A stretch of 64,000 nucleotides of DNA from positions 1 through 64,000 of IMG/VR virus record IMGVR_UViG_3300020045_007300; one strand, written 5' to 3'. Below the pieces are notes generated by a model that did no database searches, was not told the DNA's origin, and saw nothing but the letters and a program-made list of their open reading frames with translations. This DNA comes from a virus. Position 1 is the stretch's first letter. Every line of letters begins with the position of its first letter. Positions 40,364 to 49,884 of this stretch are shown piece by piece. Position numbers and translations under genes: made by a program.

Positions 40364-40846
40364 ATGGCTACATATACACTTACAAAAACACCAACAACCG
40401 TTGCTCCTTTTTATCCTCATGCACAAGTTGTCAATGAAAGCCCCGTTAAAACAAGATCAGCGGTATTTGACGGCGCAAAAGCAGCGGCATTTAAAGGTTC
40501 AGCGATTGCCACAGCCGATGTGTTTGAATTGTTGACAATTCCAGCAGGTTCATTCGTGTTGTCAGTAACACATCAAGTTACCACAGCAGAAGGCGGAGCT
40601 TGTACTTTTGACATCGGTGACGGCACTGATGACAATGGTTATGTTGTTGCGGCAACTAACGGCAATGGCAATTCAACATCAACAAATTCAAATTCGTTTA
40701 ACGGTACAACAACACCCGCTTTTGGTGTTGGTAAATACTATTCAGCGGCTGATACAATTGACTTGACTCTGGTATCTGGCACAGCGGCAGCGGTTATCGT
40801 TAAGATTTCCGTAACTTATGTTGCAGTTAGTCCGTTAGCGGCTTAA
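40364..40846 (+). CDS. Capsid decoration/cement-like structural protein
   Basis: LTIPAGSFV, DIGDGTD, YYSAADTIDL. Confidence 0.7.
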   Translation: MATYTLTKTPTTVAPFYPHAQVVNESPVKTRSAVFDGAKAAAFKGSAIATADVFELLTIPAGSFVLSVTHQVTTAEGGACTFDIGDGTDDNGYVVAATNGNGNSTSTNSNSFNGTTTPAFGVGKYYSAADTIDLTLVSGTAAAVIVKISVTYVAVSPLAA

Positions 40847-40896
40847 TTGATTTGGCTACTCGTCACTGGGTAGCCATTCTTTACAGGATTTAAAAA

Positions 40897-41475
40897 ATGT
40901 CACAATTTGAAGATTTAATTGTCGGTAAATTGACAATGACGGGCGGCGGCTTTATCGGCACACAAGCGGCTATTGCTGGCTTGTCGGTAGTTCATAAGCA
41001 AGTCGGTTTCTTACGTCAATCCGTGTTTACACTGGACAACGTAGCTCAGACTGTTGTAAATGGCACTGAATACCAAGGCACTAAACTCTATGACTTTCCC
41101 GAAGGTCGTGTATTGGTACTGGGTGTTACCGCAAGATTGCAACAAAAAACAACTAGCGCACTGGCTGGCACACTGAACGCAAGTTCTACAGGTGCGGTAT
41201 CATTAGGCACTGTAACGGCTTCGGCAACTACTTTAGCCACCACAATGGTTGATTTATTGCCATCTACTGCATTTACATCGTCAGCAACGGTAAACGTGGC
41301 AGGTACGGCAGTTGGTGCAGCATTAGCAGCTTCCGCGCAATTCGACGGCACAGCTACCGCAAAATCAATGTTCTTAAATAGCGCATTTGCGACTACTACA
41401 GATGTTGATGGCGATGCAACTATTACATGGAGCGGTACTATTATCGTAACCCATATTGATTTAGGTGATTACTAA
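40897..41475 (+). CDS. Virion structural protein
   Basis: A/T/G-rich; KLYDFPEGRVLVLG; C-terminal LGDY. Confidence 0.65.
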   Translation: MSQFEDLIVGKLTMTGGGFIGTQAAIAGLSVVHKQVGFLRQSVFTLDNVAQTVVNGTEYQGTKLYDFPEGRVLVLGVTARLQQKTTSALAGTLNASSTGAVSLGTVTASATTLATTMVDLLPSTAFTSSATVNVAGTAVGAALAASAQFDGTATAKSMFLNSAFATTTDVDGDATITWSGTIIVTHIDLGDY

Positions 41476-41750
41476 TGCTTGATATTAGCTCATTAGACAA
41501 AGATGCTTTGGCTGATTATGCGCGTACCGTATTCAAAACTGAATTAGATATGCGTAAAAATCTTGAGTCTTTGCGTAAAGACGTAAAGGCTATGCAGGAT
41601 AAACCAGCAAAGCCAGATGAATTGCCATTAAAAAAGGCTTCTCATATCAAAAATAAAGCCAATGGTCGTGTATTTCCTTACACTCAGTTGTTAGTCGCCC
41701 ATTTAGGCGATAACGCAATTCCATGTGATGAAAACGGCGAACCAGCATGA
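41475..41750 (+). CDS. Hypothetical head-module protein
   Basis: Translationally coupled ORF. Confidence 0.6.
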   Translation: MLDISSLDKDALADYARTVFKTELDMRKNLESLRKDVKAMQDKPAKPDELPLKKASHIKNKANGRVFPYTQLLVAHLGDNAIPCDENGEPA

Positions 41751-42391
41751 GCATCGCAAGCCTAATTCAAGACGTTAGAGAGGACATAATTGATGACGTT
41801 GGTCTTCAAAAAAGACTTTCTGATAGTCAATTGACTAGGTTTGCAAATGAAGCCATCAAGGAGGCGTGTATACGCGCCCCTTTGTTGGTGACAACAAAAA
41901 CTTTCAAGGTTATTGCAGGTAAATCTGAATATAAACTTGATGAATTTACCAGACAAATAATAGATGTTAAGTTCAGCCTGTCGCCACACCCGCTAAGACA
42001 AGAAACCGATGATGGATTATCACTCACTTACGGTAGCGATTGGAAACTACGCGCAGCACCACCGACACACTACACCCGATTAAACAGAGTATTGCGGATA
42101 TATCCAATTCCTGTTGTTGACGACGTGCTGTCAGTGAAAATGTCGCGCATTCCCGATGATGATTTTGATTTAGACGAAGACATAGACCCGTCTTATTACG
42201 ACTCATTCAAGTATTACGTTGCTTACAAAGCATTTTCTCAACGTGATAATGATAATTACGATCCCGTTAAGGCATCAAGTTTTCTTGAGTTGTTTAACTC
42301 GATGTTTGGCACTAAGCATTCTGCAAAATATGACACTGTTAATTTTAATACACCCATGTATGCGACGGTAACGTCAGGCAGGATGTGTTGA
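41747..42391 (+). CDS. Head-tail adaptor protein
   Basis: LSDSQLTRFANEAIKEACIR, LRIYPIP, YVAYKAFS. Confidence 0.75.
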   Translation: MSIASLIQDVREDIIDDVGLQKRLSDSQLTRFANEAIKEACIRAPLLVTTKTFKVIAGKSEYKLDEFTRQIIDVKFSLSPHPLRQETDDGLSLTYGSDWKLRAAPPTHYTRLNRVLRIYPIPVVDDVLSVKMSRIPDDDFDLDEDIDPSYYDSFKYYVAYKAFSQRDNDNYDPVKASSFLELFNSMFGTKHSAKYDTVNFNTPMYATVTSGRMC

Positions 42392-43563
42392 AGCAGCCAA
42401 CTACTCAAGTATTAGCCTTCCTAGGCTTACACAACAAAGCCCAGTCACGCCGTCAACCAAAAGGTGAAGGCGGCACACTGATTAGCATGGCAGATTGCCA
42501 GAACGTACAGCTGGATGACGAAGGCGGTGTAAGTAGTCGTGATGGCAATACGCTTGTAATGCCAACAACAGGCATTACAGCCGCGTTTAACATTGAGAGT
42601 TACCAGTATGGCTACATTGTCGATAATGGCGTATTAAAGCGCGTCAATGGCGATTTAAGTACCGTAGACCTTGGAACTGTATCAACACAACATACAGAAT
42701 GGCTAGAAATCGGTACACGAGTGTTTATGTCCACTGGCTACTTGATTGATAATAACGTGTTAATGCCTTGGGTAACTCCAATACCAGTACAGCCTGACGT
42801 TATTATTGGCAATGGTTATTTAGCCGCTGGTCAATATCAATTAACAATCACATCAATATCACAAGACGGTAGAGAATCAGGTAGTTGTGAGGTTATTCCG
42901 TTAAATCTTCCTGATAACAGCGGGTTGGTATTAATTGGCACTGATAATTGCATGGTTTACATGACCGCATTAAACGGATCTGTGCTATATGAGATTGGTA
43001 TCGGTGTTACTGTTATTGACAGTATTATTCAATTGACCGAAAAATCAATAAATGTTGATAGGCTAATAACCCAGTCAGTACCGCCAGTGGTTGATAAAAT
43101 CGCGTACTACAATGAGTGTTTACACTGTTCTGTTTACGATAAATCAACCAACACCAGTTCTATATTCTACTCAAAATCATTCATGTTTAACGTATTCGAC
43201 TGGTTTGAAGACGTTATCAGTGATATTGCTGGAGAAGTGCGCGGAATACTGGGTATACCAGAGGGTTTATTAATCGGTACAGACAGGGAAATACTACTGT
43301 ATAATATCGACAGTGGAATAATTAAACTTGCTGGTTATGGTGTTGCAAGTGGTAAACCTATTAAACGAAACCGTGACGGACAGATATTTATTCAGTCATT
43401 GCGTGGAGTTTGTACGATGCCATTTAAAAATTTGACAGGTGATAAATACACCGCACCATTAGGCGGCGAATGTTCCACAGCAATGCTTGATTCATCGGGT
43501 ACTGAGTTATTTGTAACGATTACTGATGGATTAGGAAAAACAGAAGACAGCGTTGACTTCTAA
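42385..43563 (+). CDS. Tail nozzle/stabilisation protein
   Basis: FLGLHN, NVQLDDEG..RDG, LAAGQY..GRESG; follows the adaptor. Confidence 0.65.
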   Translation: MLKQPTTQVLAFLGLHNKAQSRRQPKGEGGTLISMADCQNVQLDDEGGVSSRDGNTLVMPTTGITAAFNIESYQYGYIVDNGVLKRVNGDLSTVDLGTVSTQHTEWLEIGTRVFMSTGYLIDNNVLMPWVTPIPVQPDVIIGNGYLAAGQYQLTITSISQDGRESGSCEVIPLNLPDNSGLVLIGTDNCMVYMTALNGSVLYEIGIGVTVIDSIIQLTEKSINVDRLITQSVPPVVDKIAYYNECLHCSVYDKSTNTSSIFYSKSFMFNVFDWFEDVISDIAGEVRGILGIPEGLLIGTDREILLYNIDSGIIKLAGYGVASGKPIKRNRDGQIFIQSLRGVCTMPFKNLTGDKYTAPLGGECSTAMLDSSGTELFVTITDGLGKTEDSVDF

Positions 43564-43667
43564 GTTAATGTATAATGATTATGTGGGCAGGTGTTGCAAC
43601 ACTGAGCTGATTATCCTAAGCTCAGCCCACGCCATTTTGGATAGATTATTTTTGGATTTGAAATAAA

Positions 43668-44390
43668 ATGAACGAATTAATTAAAAATACAGAGCAAACT
43701 ATGTCCTTAAAAGACATAACAGACCTGCTTGAAACCCGCCATAATGATGCAATGAAAGTTGTTGAAAAAATGGCTGAAAGCCTTGAATTTGGTAGCGTTA
43801 CGAAAATATCGTATCGCACAACACAAGGTAATGAGTATGATACTTACGCATTAGATAAGCGTCAGTCTGTTGCGGTATCAGCAAAGTTAAACACCGCATT
43901 GTTAATGCGTGTTATTGACAGATGGCAAGAGCTTGAGTCAGCACAGCCAAAAGTGCCAACTAATTTCATTGAAGCGATGCAATTAGCAACCGCTACTTTG
44001 ATTGAAAATCAAGCATTACAGTTGAAAATTGACTATGATAAGCCAAAAGTTGAATTTGCCGAAAAAGTACGCGCTTTGGACGGCTCAATATCAGTTGGCG
44101 ACTTTGCAAAGCTCATTGGCACAGGTCAAAACCGTTTATTTAAACGACTTCGTGACGATGGATATTTAATGGTTAATAATCATCCAATGCAATCCGCTGT
44201 CGAACGAAAATTACTTGTTCAGATTGAGCAAACACCGTTCACTGATTCAAATGGTAAGTCACATCCAGCATTTCAAACAAGAATCACTGGTACTGGTCAA
44301 GTTTATTTTGAAAAACGGTATCGCGTAGCTGTTAGTGAATCAGTGAAAGATAAAAAAGACTTAACTATTTTAGTAAGTAAAACAAGCTAA
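43668..44390 (+). CDS. Rha-family regulator with ANT/KilAC antirepressor domain
   Basis: TMSLKDITDLLETRHND, VIDRWQELE, KPKVEF, TRITGTGQVYF. Confidence 0.88.
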   Translation: MNELIKNTEQTMSLKDITDLLETRHNDAMKVVEKMAESLEFGSVTKISYRTTQGNEYDTYALDKRQSVAVSAKLNTALLMRVIDRWQELESAQPKVPTNFIEAMQLATATLIENQALQLKIDYDKPKVEFAEKVRALDGSISVGDFAKLIGTGQNRLFKRLRDDGYLMVNNHPMQSAVERKLLVQIEQTPFTDSNGKSHPAFQTRITGTGQVYFEKRYRVAVSESVKDKKDLTILVSKTS

Positions 44391-44498
44391 GAAATAGCTT
44401 TACAACAGGCGTAGGTTACGCCCATATCCCAAGCAGCCATAATGGCGTAGACGGAAAATTTAAACAACTAACGTCGTGATGACGTAAGGACAAATAAA

Positions 44499-45017
44499 AT
44501 GGCAAACGATTCAACAGGTTTTTTAAAAATGTTGCTGGGTAAATCAACACTAGTAACAGGCGCTAGTTCAGTAGGAGGTGTATTTGATGCCAGTGTGATT
44601 GATGTCTACGATGGCACACGCCCTGTAGATGCCGATGATGCTATTACCACGCAAACCCTATTGTGCAGAATTACTCTAAACGGCGGTGCATTTGTCGAAG
44701 GAACTGCTACTAATGGTCTTGTTTTTGGAACTCCTACGGTAGATGGAACAGGGGCTTCTAAGATTGGTCATTTATCCAAACCTGCGCTAACTTTATGGGC
44801 TGGAACAGCGGGAACTTTATCTGGTACAAAGACTGCCACATGGGCAAGATGGCGTGGAAATGCAGTTGATTCTGGTGGAGCTTCAACAACTTTGCCAAGA
44901 AAAGATTTAACTGTATCTGACGCAACAGGCACAGGCGAATTAAAACTAAGTACGGTTACATTCGTTACTGGCACGGAAGCACAGGTTGCATCATTTAGTT
45001 ACAACCAGGGCGTTTAG
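44499..45017 (+). CDS. Virion structural protein
   Basis: VYDGTRPVDADDA..ATWARW motif of phage tail proteins. Confidence 0.7.
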   Translation: MANDSTGFLKMLLGKSTLVTGASSVGGVFDASVIDVYDGTRPVDADDAITTQTLLCRITLNGGAFVEGTATNGLVFGTPTVDGTGASKIGHLSKPALTLWAGTAGTLSGTKTATWARWRGNAVDSGGASTTLPRKDLTVSDATGTGELKLSTVTFVTGTEAQVASFSYNQGV

Positions 45018-45019
45018 TC

Positions 45020-46048
45020 GTGGCATGGGGTGATGTTTGGGGTGGTGCAGCATGGGGCGATAGCTCTGGTAGCGCACCGCCTTTTGATATAGACATTGTT
45101 ATCAATGTTAGCGATGCAGTCATTACCTCATTGGCTGGTGGATTGAGTGTCGTTGCTTCAAAATCAAACATCACATCGTCGTCTGGAAACCTAGGCATTG
45201 TTAATGCTTATTTTAACGTTGACTCACTGGCAAGCGGTATCAGTAACGTATCGACAGCCAATCCAGAACTAATAAGCCGTGCAGGGGCATTCAGCAAAAC
45301 ATCAACCAATAGACCTACATTAAAAAGTTTGTCGGGTGGCTTTGGTGTCACTAATTCATCACTGCCAAGCGTTAAAAGCAATGCCGCTGGATTATCTAAT
45401 CTGGCAATGGCACGAATCAGCATTAATTCAACTGCCTACGATTTACTACCCAGTGATACAGGTGGTATTCGTGTCAGAAATCCGACCATCACATCAACAG
45501 CAAGTGGCAACAGCTCAATAGTCTCGCTAAAGCCGTCTATCAAGTCCTACGCCGCAGGTGCAAGCATTATTGTTGTACCAAGCTCTTATATCATATCAGG
45601 CGTTGAGCAAGCGCGTGTTGCGTATGCAATGAATGTGCAAACTGCCGAAACAACCAAGTTTACCAATTATGATTTTATTGAAATAATCCGTATCGGCTCA
45701 GATAAGTACGGCGTTAAACCCACAGGTCTTTATAAAATAGGCGGAATAACTGACAATGGAACAGCAATCAGTGCGAGCTTTACAACGCATGAAACGCGCT
45801 ACGATACGAACTTACTTAAAAGAGTTCCTAAAGTATATCTTGATTCAGAAAGTGCCACGACGATACAGCCTATTATTGATGGTGTTTACCGTTATATTCA
45901 TGATGCTAATTTTGGGGGACATAAGACACCAATAGGTCGTGGTTATATCGGTAAATGGTGGCAGTGGAAAATATCAAACAAAAACGGTGCAAGTATGCGC
46001 GTTGGTGCGATAGAAGCTATTATTGAAAATATGAGCAGGAGAGTGTAA
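45020..46048 (+). CDS. Tail structural protein
   Basis: C-terminal YAMN..TKFTNYDF..GRGYIGKWWQWKISN..SRRV. Confidence 0.65.
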   Translation: MAWGDVWGGAAWGDSSGSAPPFDIDIVINVSDAVITSLAGGLSVVASKSNITSSSGNLGIVNAYFNVDSLASGISNVSTANPELISRAGAFSKTSTNRPTLKSLSGGFGVTNSSLPSVKSNAAGLSNLAMARISINSTAYDLLPSDTGGIRVRNPTITSTASGNSSIVSLKPSIKSYAAGASIIVVPSSYIISGVEQARVAYAMNVQTAETTKFTNYDFIEIIRIGSDKYGVKPTGLYKIGGITDNGTAISASFTTHETRYDTNLLKRVPKVYLDSESATTIQPIIDGVYRYIHDANFGGHKTPIGRGYIGKWWQWKISNKNGASMRVGAIEAIIENMSRRV

Positions 46049-46319
46049 TGCTGTGGGTAAAATTCTGGATATTATTTATCACAGTGCTTGCAATTATTTT
46101 TATCGTGATAATTGGGTTATTAGAAATACTACAGTCCGCCTATCAATATAAAAAAGACAGGCGGTATAGTAGGTAGTTACCGATTCAGAACCAGTATATC
46201 CCGTTCATAATTGCGAACCATAACCATTTTTCTAGGAGGCTGAATATCCAGTGTGCATTTGCTTGGTGCATTAACCAATTGATTAAGGCGATTAATCCAT
46301 TGTGATTTTTTAGTTTTCA

Positions 46320-46976
46320 TTAGTCGTGATCATTATTATTACCGTTATTGCCGTTGCTTGAACTTCCAGTTACCGACACGCCGCCATTATTTGCACTGCC
46401 ACCAAAAGCCGTAGACCCAGAGTTACTAGAGCCGCCTGTCGCGCCAGATGTTGAGTTGGACGCTCCGCCAAATGCTGTTGAGCCTGAATTAGATGATCCG
46501 CCAGAAGCATTGCCGCCTGTAGCCGATGAAACACCGCCATTTCCACCTAAAGCACTAGATACACCGCCTTGACCACCAATGGCACTTCCACCTAATCCTG
46601 TTGAATTTGCTGTTGCCCCCGTTGCTATAGCTTGATTGTTGTTCGTAGCACTACTGCCAGAATTATTACTGACATTACTACCGCCGTTTTTCACATTGGT
46701 AACATTTTTGGTTTGCGCAGGTTTGTACAATGGCGCAGCAGCTACACCGAATGTTGCAGCAGCACCTACTTTGGCGGATTCTTTTACCAATATGCTTGCA
46801 ATGCCATCACTTACGACGACCTGTTGAAGCGTTATTTTATTGTCATCGCCTCTCATAGTAACGCCAGTAATTGATGAGTCAAAAGCCCCCTCATAGATAG
46901 CCAAATCCATGTTGCCAACTTTTTCAACATGAGTACACGCAGTTAAAAGTAAAGCTGAGATTAAAATTGTTTTCAT
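46320..46976 (-). CDS. Lipoprotein with glycine/serine-rich repetitive tail
   Basis: MKTILISALLLTAC lipobox; GGxGGVSSA and GGSSNSGSTAFGG repeats. Confidence 0.75.
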   Translation of the reverse strand: MKTILISALLLTACTHVEKVGNMDLAIYEGAFDSSITGVTMRGDDNKITLQQVVVSDGIASILVKESAKVGAAATFGVAAAPLYKPAQTKNVTNVKNGGSNVSNNSGSSATNNNQAIATGATANSTGLGGSAIGGQGGVSSALGGNGGVSSATGGNASGGSSNSGSTAFGGASNSTSGATGGSSNSGSTAFGGSANNGGVSVTGSSSNGNNGNNNDHD

Positions 46977-47144
46977 TTTGATTGCTCGCAAAGGTCTTGC
47001 GCGTCTGAAAAGTTAGAGCAAGGGTTATAGTGGTCTATCGCCATATTAAATGCGATAAATGCGATTATTACTAAGGTAACACACCCAAGTACCATTAAAA
47101 AATCCATTAAGAATTTATATGTTTCTTTAAACATTTCTTACCCA

Positions 47145-47342
47145 TTATTTTTTTGCATTATTAAAAGATTCTTTTGCCACAGCATTCATCATTTCTATTA
47201 ATGAATCTTCTGTGTATATTCCTGTAGTTCCTGCAACGGAGGCGGCAATGCTTGTTAGAATTACTGGCAATAACGCTGGATTAACGCCTATTGTAGGTAA
47301 CACATCAAGTACTCGTTTAACATCTTCTTTAAATGTATTCAT
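47145..47342 (-). CDS. Hypothetical protein
   Basis: ORF in a minus-strand island. Confidence 0.55.
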   Translation of the reverse strand: MNTFKEDVKRVLDVLPTIGVNPALLPVILTSIAASVAGTTGIYTEDSLIEMMNAVAKESFNNAKK

Positions 47343-47892
47343 TTTTACCCCTTAGATAAGTAATACAGCCTTTTACGGCATTTAATACAACATCCTAGCC
47401 ACTTTAAATTAGCATAAGCCTTAAATTCTTTTGGCTTATTGTTTGGATGGTCTGGATTCTGACAAATAAAATCTACTCGCTTACGAAGCAAATTTAACTT
47501 TTTACCTGCGTCCATGTTTTGTGTTGTCCATGACTAAAAACGGGTTTCACGGATTCGATAGGGCATAAATGCAAATCGAATTGTAATAGTTCGAGAATTT
47601 CTTTGATTAACGCTTTCATTTCACACCTGCCGATTGGATTGCACGAATGTTAAAGCATGACATCACGCATTTATGATGCAGCATCTTTTTACTTCTACGC
47701 TTAATTACTTTCAAAGTCTTCATTGTAAAACTCCTGAATAATCGGTATCAGAAATTGATAACGTGGCGATAGTAAATCACTGTTTTAACATTTACGCAAG
47801 CGTTAAATTAAACTTGTTTCAATATCATAATTAAACAGTGTTATAATACACCAAGCGTCGTGATGACGCGCAATCCCACAGCAGGAATTACC

Positions 47893-49623
47893 ATGTCAGA
47901 TTATTCGGTTAGAGCCGATCAACAGTTTGCATTCGCAGAAAAGTACACCACAAAAGGCACTGATACTTTTAATGATGGCTTATCAAAGGCTAATTTATTT
48001 GCCCAAGGTAACGTCGTTATTAAAGAGCGTGACGTTGGCATTCATACTCCTGCAAAGTTAAACCTTGAAACAGTTGAAGCGATTACCGCATTCAATATGC
48101 CAGCGGCTTACACATTAAGCACCACGGGTCTATTCCAAGCGAATCCGCCCGAAGGTACGGCAGGTGTATTCACCACGCCAGCACCCGAAACCGATTTTAA
48201 CAAGATTGATTCCGTATTAAATAGCATTCCTGTTCCCGTGCTGGAAACGGTGGCAATGCCTACCATGCACGATATTAATATCAACCCTGTGCCTACGGTA
48301 AACCTTCCTGTATTCGACCCGAAAACCGTTGTCGAAGTCATTGATAAGCCTGTTAATCAGCAGCCTGCTTTAATATCTCAGTACGAACGTATGCGCCCAG
48401 ATGTTAAAAAGTGGGTTGATGATGGTGTTGATAGCTGGATAGCCAAGTACGCACCCAATTACAAAGAGCTGTTGGCAGCCGCACAAAACAAGCTCATGCA
48501 GGTTATGGCTAATGGCAAGATGCTACGCGAGGATTACCAGACTTATTTGCAAACTCAGTCACGCACCGCTATAGAAGACACCGCTACTGCCGCTATTAGT
48601 GGAATTATCAACGACCGCAGACGCGCAGGTGCAAACTCATTGCCACAGTCTATGACTGCGGGTATTGCCAAAGCCAAACAAGCGAAGTACAACAACCAAG
48701 CCATTGCTAACACCACCATTGAGATAAAAATTATCGAAATGGAAACTGAAAACATTAAGTGGGCAGTAACCGAAGCGTTAAGACTTCAAGGTTCGCTTAT
48801 GCAAGCCTTTTTAGGCTATGCGGGTGTGATGGTACAGGTTAATGAAGCTGCGTGGTCACAGGGTAAAATTTACTGTGATATGTACGCCCAGTACTATGAA
48901 ATGTTACTCAAGCGTTTGGGATTGCAATTGGACGCACTCAAAACCGAAGCGGCAATTTATGATACCCAGCTAAAAGCGGCGTTATCCGTATTAGACGGTT
49001 ATCGGCTTGAACTGGACGCTAAAAAAACACTGGTGGCGATTGATGGTCAACGCCTAGATTTTGTCGGCAAACAGATACAAGTTCAACTTGCAAAGGTTCA
49101 AATCTACACCGCGTTATTGGGTAGTGTTGAAACCCGCGCGAACGTGGAAATGTCAAAGGTCAAACTGTTTGCCGAAGAAGTCAATGCCTACAACTCACAA
49201 TTGCAGGGTGACAAAATCCGCAATGACATATTCTTAGCTGGACAGTCAGGCGATATGAACAAGCTGAAAGCTAAAGAAATTGAGCTGGAAGCATGGACTA
49301 AAACTACTGACGCACTGATTAAAGCCAAGCAGATTGATATTGCCACTAAATCATTTGGTATTGAAAAGAACAAGATGCTCATGTCTAAGTTTGGCTATGA
49401 CCTTGACTCACTGAAAACAGAATATGAGCGTGATCGTTTATTAATCGCACAAGACCAGTTTAACGCCAAAATTATGACTGACGTGATGACCAATCAGGTG
49501 CAATCAATCAATCAACATTATATGCAATTGGGCAATCTATACGCCCACGCAGGGCAGACTTATAGCACTATCGGCGCATCCGCCATTAACGCAGCAACAT
49601 CATCAGTAACATTACAAGTTTAA
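47893..49623 (+). CDS. Virion/tail structural protein (Pro-rich N-terminus, coiled-coil C-terminus)
   Basis: Long ORF in the late region with a late-gene leader hairpin. Confidence 0.7.
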   Translation: MSDYSVRADQQFAFAEKYTTKGTDTFNDGLSKANLFAQGNVVIKERDVGIHTPAKLNLETVEAITAFNMPAAYTLSTTGLFQANPPEGTAGVFTTPAPETDFNKIDSVLNSIPVPVLETVAMPTMHDININPVPTVNLPVFDPKTVVEVIDKPVNQQPALISQYERMRPDVKKWVDDGVDSWIAKYAPNYKELLAAAQNKLMQVMANGKMLREDYQTYLQTQSRTAIEDTATAAISGIINDRRRAGANSLPQSMTAGIAKAKQAKYNNQAIANTTIEIKIIEMETENIKWAVTEALRLQGSLMQAFLGYAGVMVQVNEAAWSQGKIYCDMYAQYYEMLLKRLGLQLDALKTEAAIYDTQLKAALSVLDGYRLELDAKKTLVAIDGQRLDFVGKQIQVQLAKVQIYTALLGSVETRANVEMSKVKLFAEEVNAYNSQLQGDKIRNDIFLAGQSGDMNKLKAKEIELEAWTKTTDALIKAKQIDIATKSFGIEKNKMLMSKFGYDLDSLKTEYERDRLLIAQDQFNAKIMTDVMTNQVQSINQHYMQLGNLYAHAGQTYSTIGASAINAATSSVTLQV

Positions 49624-49638
49624 CAATAGGTATTAAAA

Positions 49639-49884
49639 ATGAACAAATTATTACTAGCACTCAAAGTATTACAATCAGGCGAATGCCTAGCAAACGCCGC
49701 CACATGGAAAAACAGACAGTTAAGAACTAATGCTTTACTGATTGTCGTCGGCGCAATACCACAGCTATTTGACGTGGATTTATCACCGTCTGATGTGAGC
49801 TTAATCTCTTATGGCATAGCTGCCGTCGGTGGACTGTTCAATAGTTATTTGACCGTAGCAACCAGCGAGAAAGTCGGGTTCTAA
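49639..49884 (+). CDS. Small two-TM protein (holin-like)
   Basis: ANAATWKN..YLTVATSEKVG. Confidence 0.55.
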   Translation: MNKLLLALKVLQSGECLANAATWKNRQLRTNALLIVVGAIPQLFDVDLSPSDVSLISYGIAAVGGLFNSYLTVATSEKVGF

